DNA of 64,000 nucleotides, from contig JAIYEG010000002.1 of NCBI GenBank assembly GCA_027487075.1, forward strand, positions 1,244 to 65,243, in the 5' to 3' direction. The notes under the pieces are model-generated. The model worked only from the letters and a program-made list of their open reading frames with translations, was not told the origin of the DNA and made no database searches. The translations under genes were made by a program, and so were the position numbers. Shown in pieces: positions 54,877-63,298 of this stretch (its first letter is position 1; each line of letters opens with the position of its first letter). Source of the DNA: a bacterium (lineage in GTDB: Bacteria > Patescibacteriota > Minisyncoccia > Phycocordibacterales > CALRBL01).

Positions 54877-55788
54877 ATGAAATTTATCATGCAGGAAGAT
54901 GTGCGACGCTGGTACCATCTGTTTTGGGATCTCGAGAAAGGTGGGTTATTTCTCAGGATTCATCGCGAGTACATCGCAAGTATGCCCCACAAAGATTTCA
55001 GTGTGTACTTCGAGGGTAAGGAAGAAGAGCTATCTCTTTTGCCTTTGTTTGATCGGTACGAGCCAATAGTGGGAAGTCAGACGTTCGGAATCAATGATTC
55101 GCTGATCTTGGTGGGGAGCGATGCAGACTGGCTTACGTATCAGATTCGCATACCGCACATGGTTTTGCGAACAGGCATGTCCTGTCCCGATTGTGACGGG
55201 ACGGGAAAAAGACTGTGGCTTGGTGAGGTGGGCGAAGATATCTGCGACGCTTGTGGTGGTACGAAGAGCGAACGCTACTACTGCTATCATGAAGTGAAGC
55301 ACGTCTGCTACTCTCTGCAGGTGCTACTTGGAGCGATTGCGTATCCGCACGATCATGATATGCCGACAACATCGCAGCAGGTGCTCTCGATCACATCCTG
55401 TTCTGTTCCGGGTGGACACGGTCACTCGGTTGGTGGATATGCCAGCCCCTCCTTGGTGAAGTTTTGGAGGCGCCTATCTCCTGATGAACGTAGTACTATG
55501 CGTGTGGACGATGCTGAACGAGCGATGTATGAGGCGCATCGACAACTTCATGGAGAAGTAAAGTCGTACTACGATCATGGCTTCAATGCGTTTGTGTCCA
55601 ATGGCCAGCTATTGCTCAGGTGTCCAGAGAATGCGTGTGAAATTCACTCCGACCACCTCGGGGAGTCAGACAGAGGAAGAGGTACGAACATTACGTGCCA
55701 CAACCTTGACTCTGGTGTGCAGCAATTGACGCTTCTTGCTGGTTTGGGAGTGATTGCGAGTTTGTATGATAACCACGTCGAGTCCTGA
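54877..55788 (+). CDS. Hypothetical protein with a DnaJ-type CxxCxGxG zinc-finger pair
   Basis: 'CPDCDGTGK' and 'CDACGGTKS' lie 18 aa apart. The rest of the protein is unassigned. Confidence 0.4.
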   Translation: MKFIMQEDVRRWYHLFWDLEKGGLFLRIHREYIASMPHKDFSVYFEGKEEELSLLPLFDRYEPIVGSQTFGINDSLILVGSDADWLTYQIRIPHMVLRTGMSCPDCDGTGKRLWLGEVGEDICDACGGTKSERYYCYHEVKHVCYSLQVLLGAIAYPHDHDMPTTSQQVLSITSCSVPGGHGHSVGGYASPSLVKFWRRLSPDERSTMRVDDAERAMYEAHRQLHGEVKSYYDHGFNAFVSNGQLLLRCPENACEIHSDHLGESDRGRGTNITCHNLDSGVQQLTLLAGLGVIASLYDNHVES

Positions 55789-55795
55789 AAACAGA

Positions 55796-55828
55796 GCGGC
55801 GACCCACCACGGGTCGCCGCTTTTCTTT
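55796..55828. terminator. Rho-independent terminator with stem GCGGCGACCC/GGGTCGCCGC, second copy
   Basis: It has the same 10-bp stem as 51667-51691 with a different loop (ACCAC). A T-run follows, and an A-rich run precedes it. Confidence 0.65.
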
Positions 55829-56651
55829 ATTTCAAATATTGTTCAATACCTTTCTTATGCTCATCGTATGTTTTTGAACAGTGAATTTTGCGGTTTTTGT
55901 CGTGGAAATAGAAGAGGCATGAAGTCTTTTCAGGATTATATGCTGCGTTGATCGCCGCAAGGCTCGGGCTTGCGATGGGTGTTGGTGGTAGACCAATCGT
56001 CTTATACGTATTATAGGGCGAAGCGATATTCTTATCCGATGAAAGTACCTGTGGCCACCACTTATTTTCTGCGGAACCCTTTGCGTATTGGAGTGTTGCA
56101 TCAATATCAAGACTCATACCACTCCATATACGATTCCAAATAATGCCGGAGATGAGATTCATGTCATGTTTACCCGCAGCCTCTCGTTGAATCAATGACG
56201 CAACCTTAAGAGCAGTGTCGATGTTTACCTTATTCTTGCTGAGAATTGAGCTTGGTGACGGTTTTGCCGTGACAACTTTTTTATTAAAGGTCTCGATCAT
56301 CTTATTGCGCACCTCTTCTCCGCTTGCATCAAGAGGGAGGACATAGGTGGTGGGGAAGTAGTAACCCTCAAGATCAGTTTTGGTACCGCTTGATTCGTTG
56401 AGGAAATCTCGAACATCTTGGTCATTCCAGGCAAGTACTTTTGAATAGATAGAAGCAACTTCTTCCTTGCGGAGGCCAGGGGGGATGTGGACATATCGAA
56501 TGTATGGATTACCGAGATTTTGATACATCGAAAAGATGTCAAAATTGTCAAAGATATATGAAAAACGCTCAGATCGGGAAGCATAGAAAAAAGCACCTCC
56601 GACTACTAGAAATAAGGCAAAAAGTGCTATAATAACGCGAACCCCTTTCAT
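55827..56651 (-). CDS. mltG: Endolytic murein transglycosylase MltG (YceG-like)
   Basis: It has an N-terminal TM helix and the 'YYFPTTYVLP' and 'GLPPTPIASPSLAAINAA' YceG motifs. Confidence 0.75.
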   Translation of the reverse strand: MKGVRVIIALFALFLVVGGAFFYASRSERFSYIFDNFDIFSMYQNLGNPYIRYVHIPPGLRKEEVASIYSKVLAWNDQDVRDFLNESSGTKTDLEGYYFPTTYVLPLDASGEEVRNKMIETFNKKVVTAKPSPSSILSKNKVNIDTALKVASLIQREAAGKHDMNLISGIIWNRIWSGMSLDIDATLQYAKGSAENKWWPQVLSSDKNIASPYNTYKTIGLPPTPIASPSLAAINAAYNPEKTSCLFYFHDKNRKIHCSKTYDEHKKGIEQYLK

Positions 56652-56720
56652 AATGCTCAAAGTATAGCATATATGGTAGCTAAAGGGTGTAATAAACCGT
56701 CCAACACTGCGTCTTAAATT

Positions 56721-57227
56721 ATGACAAGCGAAAAAGCACAAAAAGCTGAATTTCTCACCCTTTATGAGAAGCACGCCGATGAACTTTTTCGGTATTGTTA
56801 CTTCAAGACGAGTAATAGGGAGCAATCACTCGAAATTGTCCAGGAAGTATTTATGAAGGCCTGGATTACCATTACCAAAGAAACGGTCATGGAAAACCCT
56901 CGAGCCTTCCTCTATGCGGCCACCCGAAATGCTATCACCGACTGGTATCGCAAGAAAAAGGTGGTATCCCTCGATGATCTTCATGATGTGGGCTTCGATG
57001 CCCCTGTCGAGCACTCGGGTCATCACACAGATCGTGTCGAGGTAGAGCGTATTCTCGAAAAGACCTCAAAACTTGAAGAAAAATATCGCGAAGTTATTAT
57101 TTTGCGCTTCGTGAACGATCTCTCGGTTACCGAGATAGCGGAGCTCCTCAAAGAGACCGAAAACAATATTTCTGTACGTCTCCATCGAGCACTCGAAAAA
57201 CTTCGAAAATTGTATATAAAAAAATGA
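56721..57227 (+). CDS. ECF-type RNA polymerase sigma factor (sigma-70 regions 2 and 4)
   Basis: It has region 2 ('LFRYCYFKT...EIVQEVFMKAW') and region 4 HTH ('LSVTEIAELLKETENNISVRLHRALEKL'). Confidence 0.8.
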   Translation: MTSEKAQKAEFLTLYEKHADELFRYCYFKTSNREQSLEIVQEVFMKAWITITKETVMENPRAFLYAATRNAITDWYRKKKVVSLDDLHDVGFDAPVEHSGHHTDRVEVERILEKTSKLEEKYREVIILRFVNDLSVTEIAELLKETENNISVRLHRALEKLRKLYIKK

Positions 57228-58147
57228 AAACAACCTGGATCAAAAAATTCTCAAAGACTGCTCGCGAAGTGAAACTCACTGCGCGTGATAAGCGTGCCAT
57301 GTTGAATGCAATTCTCGGACCAAAAAACATCCCTTCACCATATGGCTTTTTCCTCACGGTTATGGAGTACCGCACGCGTATTGCGGTGGCGGCATTCACT
57401 TTCATGCTCATTATCACGAGTGGTGGTACGTCGTATGCAGCATCGGCAGCACTTCCTGGAGATGCACTTTATCCTATTAAGACCAACATCAACGAAGGGC
57501 TTCAGACTCTTGTCGCGGTGACACCTGATGCAAAAGTAAAAGTAGAAGTGCAACATACCAAAAATCGTCTCGCTGAAGCAGAGATACTTTCAAAAAAAGG
57601 AAAGCTCACCGAAGAAACTCAGGCTATTATTGAAACTAAAATCACCGAGCATACCGAATCTATCAAGGCGGGCATTGCAGAGCTTACGTCTGAGCAGGCT
57701 ACGACGACCGTAAAAGAAGTAATTGCTGACCTCAAGAGTACGCTTGATGAGCACGCTGCGGTACTTTCTGATCTTGCCTCATCGTCATCATCCGCCACAA
57801 CAACTGTCGAAGCAAGCTCTACGCTGGCTGTGGAGGCACGTATAGCAACTATGGCAGCTCCTGTTGAACAAACTGAACAAGATAAGCATATCGATGCTCT
57901 TATTACTAAGGTAAATGAAGTTAAGAGTACGATTGAAGATATTGAAAAAGCTATTGACGACTCCGCTCAGGCTCAAGCTCAGGCACAAGTAACTGCAACC
58001 AGCACAGCTGAAGTGGATAATGTTATAATCAACACATGGACATCATCATCTTCGGAATCTCAGGTAATCTCGCCGAACGCAAGCTCATCCCAGCCCTCAT
58101 CGACCTCTACGGTAGAGGTAGGCTCCCCAAAAATACAAGGCTTATAG
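57224..58147 (+). CDS. DUF5667-like membrane protein, a putative anti-sigma factor partner, with a Ser/Thr-rich tail
   Basis: It overlaps the sigma stop by 4 bp. It has a single TM helix, a helical extracytoplasmic region and a low-complexity S/T tail. It overlaps the zwf-like start by 112 bp. Confidence 0.5.
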   Translation: MKTTWIKKFSKTAREVKLTARDKRAMLNAILGPKNIPSPYGFFLTVMEYRTRIAVAAFTFMLIITSGGTSYAASAALPGDALYPIKTNINEGLQTLVAVTPDAKVKVEVQHTKNRLAEAEILSKKGKLTEETQAIIETKITEHTESIKAGIAELTSEQATTTVKEVIADLKSTLDEHAAVLSDLASSSSSATTTVEASSTLAVEARIATMAAPVEQTEQDKHIDALITKVNEVKSTIEDIEKAIDDSAQAQAQAQVTATSTAEVDNVIINTWTSSSSESQVISPNASSSQPSSTSTVEVGSPKIQGL

Positions 58148-59070
58148 GCTTCTCTCGTTCACCCAAGCTGTTTGATCAGCTTCCTTTTGAGTATCAACAC
58201 ATCGTAGGTGCTTATGATGATCCTGCATCATTTAAAACACTCGAACAAGCGCTTCGCCTAGATGTAAAACACCTTGCATATCTTGCATTGCCACCTACTG
58301 CATCAAAACAGGTGCTCCGTATGATGCATCACCTCAAGGTGTTTACACTTATTGAAAAACCTTTTGGTGAAGGATTCAAGGACGCTCAAGGTCTCGCAAG
58401 ATTTTTGGAGACATCAGCGATTGATACGTGTCATGTAAAAGTAGATCACTATGCTGGCAAAAAAGAGTTGCGCGCACTACAAAAGGAAGATCCTGCGCAC
58501 ATACAATCACTTACGATTGAAATTCTTGAGACCGCCACGGTAGATCATCGTGCAGGCTTTTATGATGCAGTTGGGGCGCTTCGCGATGTTGGTCAAAACC
58601 ACCTGCTTTTTATGCTTGCACGCATTTTTCATGCCACACACTCACGCTCGTATATTTTGTCTCGACTTGTGCCTGCGCAAGATCACGATGCACATCACTT
58701 TGCACGATACGATGGCAGAGAAGGAAAAGAAACCTATCTTTCAGTGAAGGCCCACATCGATGATCCAGAGCTTCGGCATATCGATATCACACTACGAAGT
58801 GGTAAGGCACTCGCTGAAAATCGGGTGGCAATCATAGTTACCTACACCTCAGGAGAAACTAAAGAAATCGTACTCGAAGGGGGGCATGAGGCATATATGA
58901 ATATCCTCGAAGACGCCATAGAAGGCCGCCTAGAGGGCTTTTTGTCGACTGAGGAGGTGCTCGCAGCATGGAAGTTTATTGAGGAGGTAGAGCGCATCAA
59001 GGAAAAAAAAGAAATCCTATGCTATCCTATAGGCTATGATCAAAGATTTTTTAATGAGAAAGCTGCTTGA
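58036..59070 (+). CDS. zwf: Glucose-6-phosphate dehydrogenase family protein (short form, 344 aa)
   Basis: It has the N-terminal 'IFGISGNLAERKLIPAL', 'EKPFGEGFKDAQGL', 'KVDHYAGKKEL' and 'LRDVGQNHLLFML' Zwf signature motifs. It is about 140 aa shorter than typical Zwf. Confidence 0.55.
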   Translation: MDIIIFGISGNLAERKLIPALIDLYGRGRLPKNTRLIGFSRSPKLFDQLPFEYQHIVGAYDDPASFKTLEQALRLDVKHLAYLALPPTASKQVLRMMHHLKVFTLIEKPFGEGFKDAQGLARFLETSAIDTCHVKVDHYAGKKELRALQKEDPAHIQSLTIEILETATVDHRAGFYDAVGALRDVGQNHLLFMLARIFHATHSRSYILSRLVPAQDHDAHHFARYDGREGKETYLSVKAHIDDPELRHIDITLRSGKALAENRVAIIVTYTSGETKEIVLEGGHEAYMNILEDAIEGRLEGFLSTEEVLAAWKFIEEVERIKEKKEILCYPIGYDQRFFNEKAA

Positions 59071-59263
59071 ACGCCAGCTCAAAAACGTTCCCAAAGAACA
59101 GCAAGAACAGATGATTGCCATGATAACCAAGAATCCAGAGCTGTTCCAGAAGATTGGTATGGAGGTCAAAAAGCGTACTGATAGCGGTATGGATCAGATG
59201 AAGGCAACAATGGAAGTGATGCGTATGTACGAAAGTGAGCTTCGCGCACTTCAACAAAAATAA
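59036..59263 (+). CDS. Small helical hypothetical protein
   Basis: 75-aa ORF overlapping the zwf-like 3' end. Its start is uncertain. Confidence 0.3.
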   Translation: MIKDFLMRKLLERQLKNVPKEQQEQMIAMITKNPELFQKIGMEVKKRTDSGMDQMKATMEVMRMYESELRALQQK

Positions 59264-60755
59264 TATGCTCAACACAATCGACCGATTCCTCAACAACATC
59301 ACCATGTATCGCTTGGTGTTGTATGGTCTAGCACTACTCGCCGCGTACTCAATGGCTCTTGCTCTCTCAGGGAGTTTGTCGTTTGGCGTCTTCTCCTATG
59401 TTGCGACATTGCTTGCAGTGCTTGCGGGGTGTGGTATTTCAAACGTCATTCTTTCGAAATGTTTTGGAGCTCCGGTGAATATTGAGTCATGGCTCATCAC
59501 GGGATTTATTTTGTACTTTATTTTGTTCCCGTCATATCAGGTTGCTGATCTGATCACTGCTTTTGCGGTAGGTTTTTTTGCAATGGCATCAAAGTACTTA
59601 CTTGCTACGAATGCACGGCATATCTTCAACCCTGTAGCCGCAGGACTCTTCATCATGAGCATATTCCCCACACTTCAGAATGGAAATGGGGTATGGTGGG
59701 TAGGCACTTCTGTGATGCTTCCTCTCGTGCTTATGGTCGGTCTTTTGATTGTGCGTAAGATTCGTAAATTCGCGATGTTCGGGGCATTTGTAGCAAGTGC
59801 GCTGGTGGTAACAGCCGTATTTCACTGGTCAGAAGTGGGTGTAGCACTTCGAGAGCAGTTTCTTTCATGGCCACTCATCTTTTTCGGTACCATTATGCTT
59901 ACCGAGCCTCTTACGATGCCGTCTCGTCGAACGTTTCAAGTCGTGTTTGGAGTAATCGTGGGAGCGCTATTTGCAAGCTCGTATTCATTTGGTCCGATTC
60001 ATTCTTCTCCAGAGCTTGCACTGCTTATTGGTAATATTTTTGCATACACAGTGAGCATGAAGCGACGCTTAATGCTCAAGCTTAAAGAAAAGAAGTTAAT
60101 ATCAAAGGAAACGTATGAATTTACGTTTACTTCTGATGCGCCGTTTACCTTTACGCCAGGTCAGTACATTGAGTGGACATTGTCTGAAGCTCGAGCAAAG
60201 ACCGCGCCTGATAATCGTGGAAATCGCCGCTACTTCACCATTGCATCATCACCCACTGAAAAAGAGCTAAAGCTCGGGGTAAAATTCTATACCCCCTCAA
60301 GTACCTTCAAGCAACATTTACTTAACATGAAAGAAGGAGAAATGATTGCTGCGGGTCAGCTCGGTGGAGATTTTGTGATGCCGAAAGATACTTCAAAGAA
60401 GCTGGTGTTTATTGCGGGAGGAATTGGTGTCACGCCGTTTCGTAGTATGGTGAAGTATCTTTCAGATAGTGGAGAACAACGCAAAGTCACTCTTATCTAT
60501 AGCGTGAAAGAGGAAGCTGAAATTGCGTATAAAGATATTTTTGAAGAAGGAGCGCAGAAGTTTGGATTAAGAACCGAATGCCTTATTAAAGATTTTCTCA
60601 CCAAGGAAGTGGTAGAAAAGATGGTCCCAGACTGGAAGGATTGTATGTTCTATCTCTCAGGGCCCAACGCAATGGTAGAGAATTATAAAACTATGCTTTT
60701 GCGCATGGGGCTTCCACGCGCCTCTATCAAAACTGATTATTTCCCAGGCTTTTAG
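59235..60755 (+). CDS. Membrane oxidoreductase with an NqrB/RnfD-like polytopic N-terminal domain fused to an FNR-like FAD/NAD(P)-binding reductase domain
   Basis: It has about 8 TM helices with 'FNPVAAG' and a 'TEPLTMPS' flavinylation-type motif. The C-terminal domain carries 'RRYFTIASSP' (RxYS FAD-binding) and 'LVFIAGGIGVTPFRSM' (NAD(P)-binding). Confidence 0.6.
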   Translation: MSFAHFNKNNMLNTIDRFLNNITMYRLVLYGLALLAAYSMALALSGSLSFGVFSYVATLLAVLAGCGISNVILSKCFGAPVNIESWLITGFILYFILFPSYQVADLITAFAVGFFAMASKYLLATNARHIFNPVAAGLFIMSIFPTLQNGNGVWWVGTSVMLPLVLMVGLLIVRKIRKFAMFGAFVASALVVTAVFHWSEVGVALREQFLSWPLIFFGTIMLTEPLTMPSRRTFQVVFGVIVGALFASSYSFGPIHSSPELALLIGNIFAYTVSMKRRLMLKLKEKKLISKETYEFTFTSDAPFTFTPGQYIEWTLSEARAKTAPDNRGNRRYFTIASSPTEKELKLGVKFYTPSSTFKQHLLNMKEGEMIAAGQLGGDFVMPKDTSKKLVFIAGGIGVTPFRSMVKYLSDSGEQRKVTLIYSVKEEAEIAYKDIFEEGAQKFGLRTECLIKDFLTKEVVEKMVPDWKDCMFYLSGPNAMVENYKTMLLRMGLPRASIKTDYFPGF

Positions 60756-60769
60756 CTGATGGCACTGCT

Positions 60770-61639
60770 ATGTACACCTTTGCTTACGAATCGATGGGAA
60801 CTCACTGGGAAGTGACGTTTGATCCACATGAGGTGAAGAGTGGGGTGAGCGCAGAAGACATGAAGCATGAGATTATTGCTCGTTCTCAACGTTTTGATGA
60901 GACCTACTCACGTTTTATTCGTTCGTCGTTAGTGTGGAGGATTGCAGAGCAGGCAGGAGTGTACAAAATTCCTGATGATTTTCGAGCGATGCTAGAGCTC
61001 TACCTCAAGTTCTATGAACCATCAGGGTATAAGCTTAATCCGCTCATTGGGTTTACGATCAGTGACCTTGGATATGATGATGTCTATTCTTTGACCGAGC
61101 AAGAAGTGGTGCGTTTTACTCCAGATCTCATTGAAACGATAACCCTTGAGGGAAATACCCTTATTACTTCCGCCCCGGTACTTTTTGATGTGGGAGCACT
61201 TGGTAAAGGATATTTCGTTGATCGTATAGTTGCTTACCTCAAAGAACAGGGTTGTGAGTCAATGCTCGTGAATGGTAGCGGTGATGTGTACTACCAAGGC
61301 ACCGAACCTACTACCATAGGTCTCGAAGATCCGCGTAATGCATCAAAGGTGATCGGTACCACGACCCTTCAAAAAGGTGCATTGTGTGCATCGGGTATTA
61401 ACAAGCGTACATGGCGTGATCATCATCATGTGATTGATCCTCATACACGTGCTTCGGTTGATAATGAAGTGTTGGCAACCTGGGTAGTTGCAGGTGACAC
61501 AGCCACTGCAGATGCGCTCGCAAGCTGTCTTTTTTTTGTGTCACCCGAAGCACTTCACGAGTGGAAATTCGAGTACGTCATCATGAACAAACAGGGCTAC
61601 ATAAAAAAATCCCCCGGATGGGTGGGAGATTTTTTCTAG
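60770..61639 (+). CDS. apbE: FAD:protein FMN transferase (ApbE family)
   Basis: It has 'ESMGTHWEV' (the MGT motif) and the conserved C-terminal 'DPHTRAS' region. Confidence 0.8.
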   Translation: MYTFAYESMGTHWEVTFDPHEVKSGVSAEDMKHEIIARSQRFDETYSRFIRSSLVWRIAEQAGVYKIPDDFRAMLELYLKFYEPSGYKLNPLIGFTISDLGYDDVYSLTEQEVVRFTPDLIETITLEGNTLITSAPVLFDVGALGKGYFVDRIVAYLKEQGCESMLVNGSGDVYYQGTEPTTIGLEDPRNASKVIGTTTLQKGALCASGINKRTWRDHHHVIDPHTRASVDNEVLATWVVAGDTATADALASCLFFVSPEALHEWKFEYVIMNKQGYIKKSPGWVGDFF

Positions 61640-61658
61640 TTTGTTTGACGCGTCGAGA

Positions 61659-62162
61659 TTATGCCTTCGCTTCAGCTTTGATAGTCACAAGGGCATCCAT
61701 GAAGCTCTTGGTAGTGAGAGATGCTCCACTTACGATGCTTAGGTTGATACTGTCAACGGATTTTCCTACGACTTGTGTGCGGTATTCTTCTGCAAACCCC
61801 TGCTGGTAGCGCTTACTTGCTTCGGGTTTTGCCTGAATATCGAATGAGGTACTTACGACTTTATCATCTTTGATAGTAATAGTGAGTCCAAACGTATCCG
61901 TGCCTGCTGGTGAGCGATATGATCCAATGGTGTTGTACGTGCCATCTTTGTAGGTGCGCTGAGGTGGAGGAGTTGTGGTGGTTGTTGTGGTTGTTGTTGA
62001 CACCGCGCTAGAGGTAGTTGCATTCTCTGAAGTGGTGTCAATATTGGTATTAGTAGGGGTAGCTACTTCATTGTTTGAAGGGGTATTGAGTCGTGCGAGG
62101 GCAACGCCAGCGACAACGATCACTACAATACCGCCGATTACTTTTTTTGTTGTTGGTTGCAT
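61659..62162 (-). CDS. Membrane-anchored FMN-binding-domain protein, a likely ApbE flavinylation substrate, with a poly-Thr/Pro linker
   Basis: It has an N-terminal TM helix, a 'TTTTTTTTTPPP' linker and an FMN_bind domain whose flavinylation-type motif is 'SGASLTT'. Confidence 0.6.
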   Translation of the reverse strand: MQPTTKKVIGGIVVIVVAGVALARLNTPSNNEVATPTNTNIDTTSENATTSSAVSTTTTTTTTTPPPQRTYKDGTYNTIGSYRSPAGTDTFGLTITIKDDKVVSTSFDIQAKPEASKRYQQGFAEEYRTQVVGKSVDSINLSIVSGASLTTKSFMDALVTIKAEAKA

Positions 62163-62192
62163 AAGTGAAAGTGTATCAAGAAAGCGTTATAC

Positions 62193-63293
62193 TTGTCTAA
62201 CATGAGAGACTTTATTGCCTATATCTACAAATACCTAGCAAAACCGGTGCTTTTTAAGTTTGATCCTGAAGACGTACACGATCGTATGGTGATGGTGGGC
62301 AAACTCTTGGGCAAGCTCACACCCGCTCGCTATATTACCAAAAAAATTTTTACCTATGAGGATTCTATTCTTGCTCAAGATGTGTGCGGGCTTCATTTCT
62401 CGAACCCCATTGGACTCTCGGCAGGATTCGATAAGAATGCTGAGCTTACGCAGATCATGTCCGCTATCGGATTCGCCTTCGAGGAGGTGGGTTCAGTAAC
62501 AGGAAAGCTCTGTGCAGGTAATCCCAAACCTCGTTTGTGGCGAGTGCCAGAGCAAAAGGGAATCCGCGTGTACTACGGACTCAAAAATGATGGGTGTGAG
62601 GTGATTGCAGATCGTTTGGCACACACACGTCGCATTGAAAAAGATTTCCAGCTCGGCATCAGTGTTGCAATGACTAACTGCGAAGCAAATCTCGATATCG
62701 ACAATGCGGTGCGAGACTATCAGAAGGCATTTCGCACTATGGAACCTCATGCTGACTATCTCACTATCAATATCAGCTGTCCGAATACGCTCGGTGGCCA
62801 GCCGTTTACTGATCCATTAAAGCTTGAGAAACTGCTTTCTGCTCTTGAAGAGGATGGCGCCCTTCGAAGGGCGCCATCCAAGCCGATCTTCATAAAAATG
62901 TCACCCGATATGTCGATGGAGCAGGTAGATGCAGTGCTTGCGGTACTGCAGGTGCATCGCGTGCATGGTATTATATGTACTAACCTCACTAAGAAGAAGG
63001 AGGTGAAAGGTGGATATAGTGGAAAGATGGTGCAGGAGCAGTCAGATAAGCTTCTTGCCCATATCTACCGAAGTTGTGGTTCGCGTTTTGTGTTGGTGGG
63101 ATGTGGAGGGGTGTTTAGTGCCGAAGATGCCTATCGAAAGATTCGTCTTGGTGCAACGCTCATTCAGATGATCACCGGCATGATATACGAGGGACCTCAG
63201 GTGGTAGGTACTATCAATCGCGATCTCGCCACACTTCTTCGACGAGACGGTTTTACCCACATTAGCCAAGCCATAGGCATCGATAATCGATAA
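62193..63293 (+). CDS. pyrD: Dihydroorotate dehydrogenase (quinone), class 2
   Basis: It has an N-terminal membrane-association helix, then 'NPIGLSAGFDKN' and 'CGGVFSAEDAYRKIRLGATLIQMITGMIYEGP'. Confidence 0.9.
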   Translation: MSNMRDFIAYIYKYLAKPVLFKFDPEDVHDRMVMVGKLLGKLTPARYITKKIFTYEDSILAQDVCGLHFSNPIGLSAGFDKNAELTQIMSAIGFAFEEVGSVTGKLCAGNPKPRLWRVPEQKGIRVYYGLKNDGCEVIADRLAHTRRIEKDFQLGISVAMTNCEANLDIDNAVRDYQKAFRTMEPHADYLTINISCPNTLGGQPFTDPLKLEKLLSALEEDGALRRAPSKPIFIKMSPDMSMEQVDAVLAVLQVHRVHGIICTNLTKKKEVKGGYSGKMVQEQSDKLLAHIYRSCGSRFVLVGCGGVFSAEDAYRKIRLGATLIQMITGMIYEGPQVVGTINRDLATLLRRDGFTHISQAIGIDNR

Positions 63294-63298
63294 CATTA

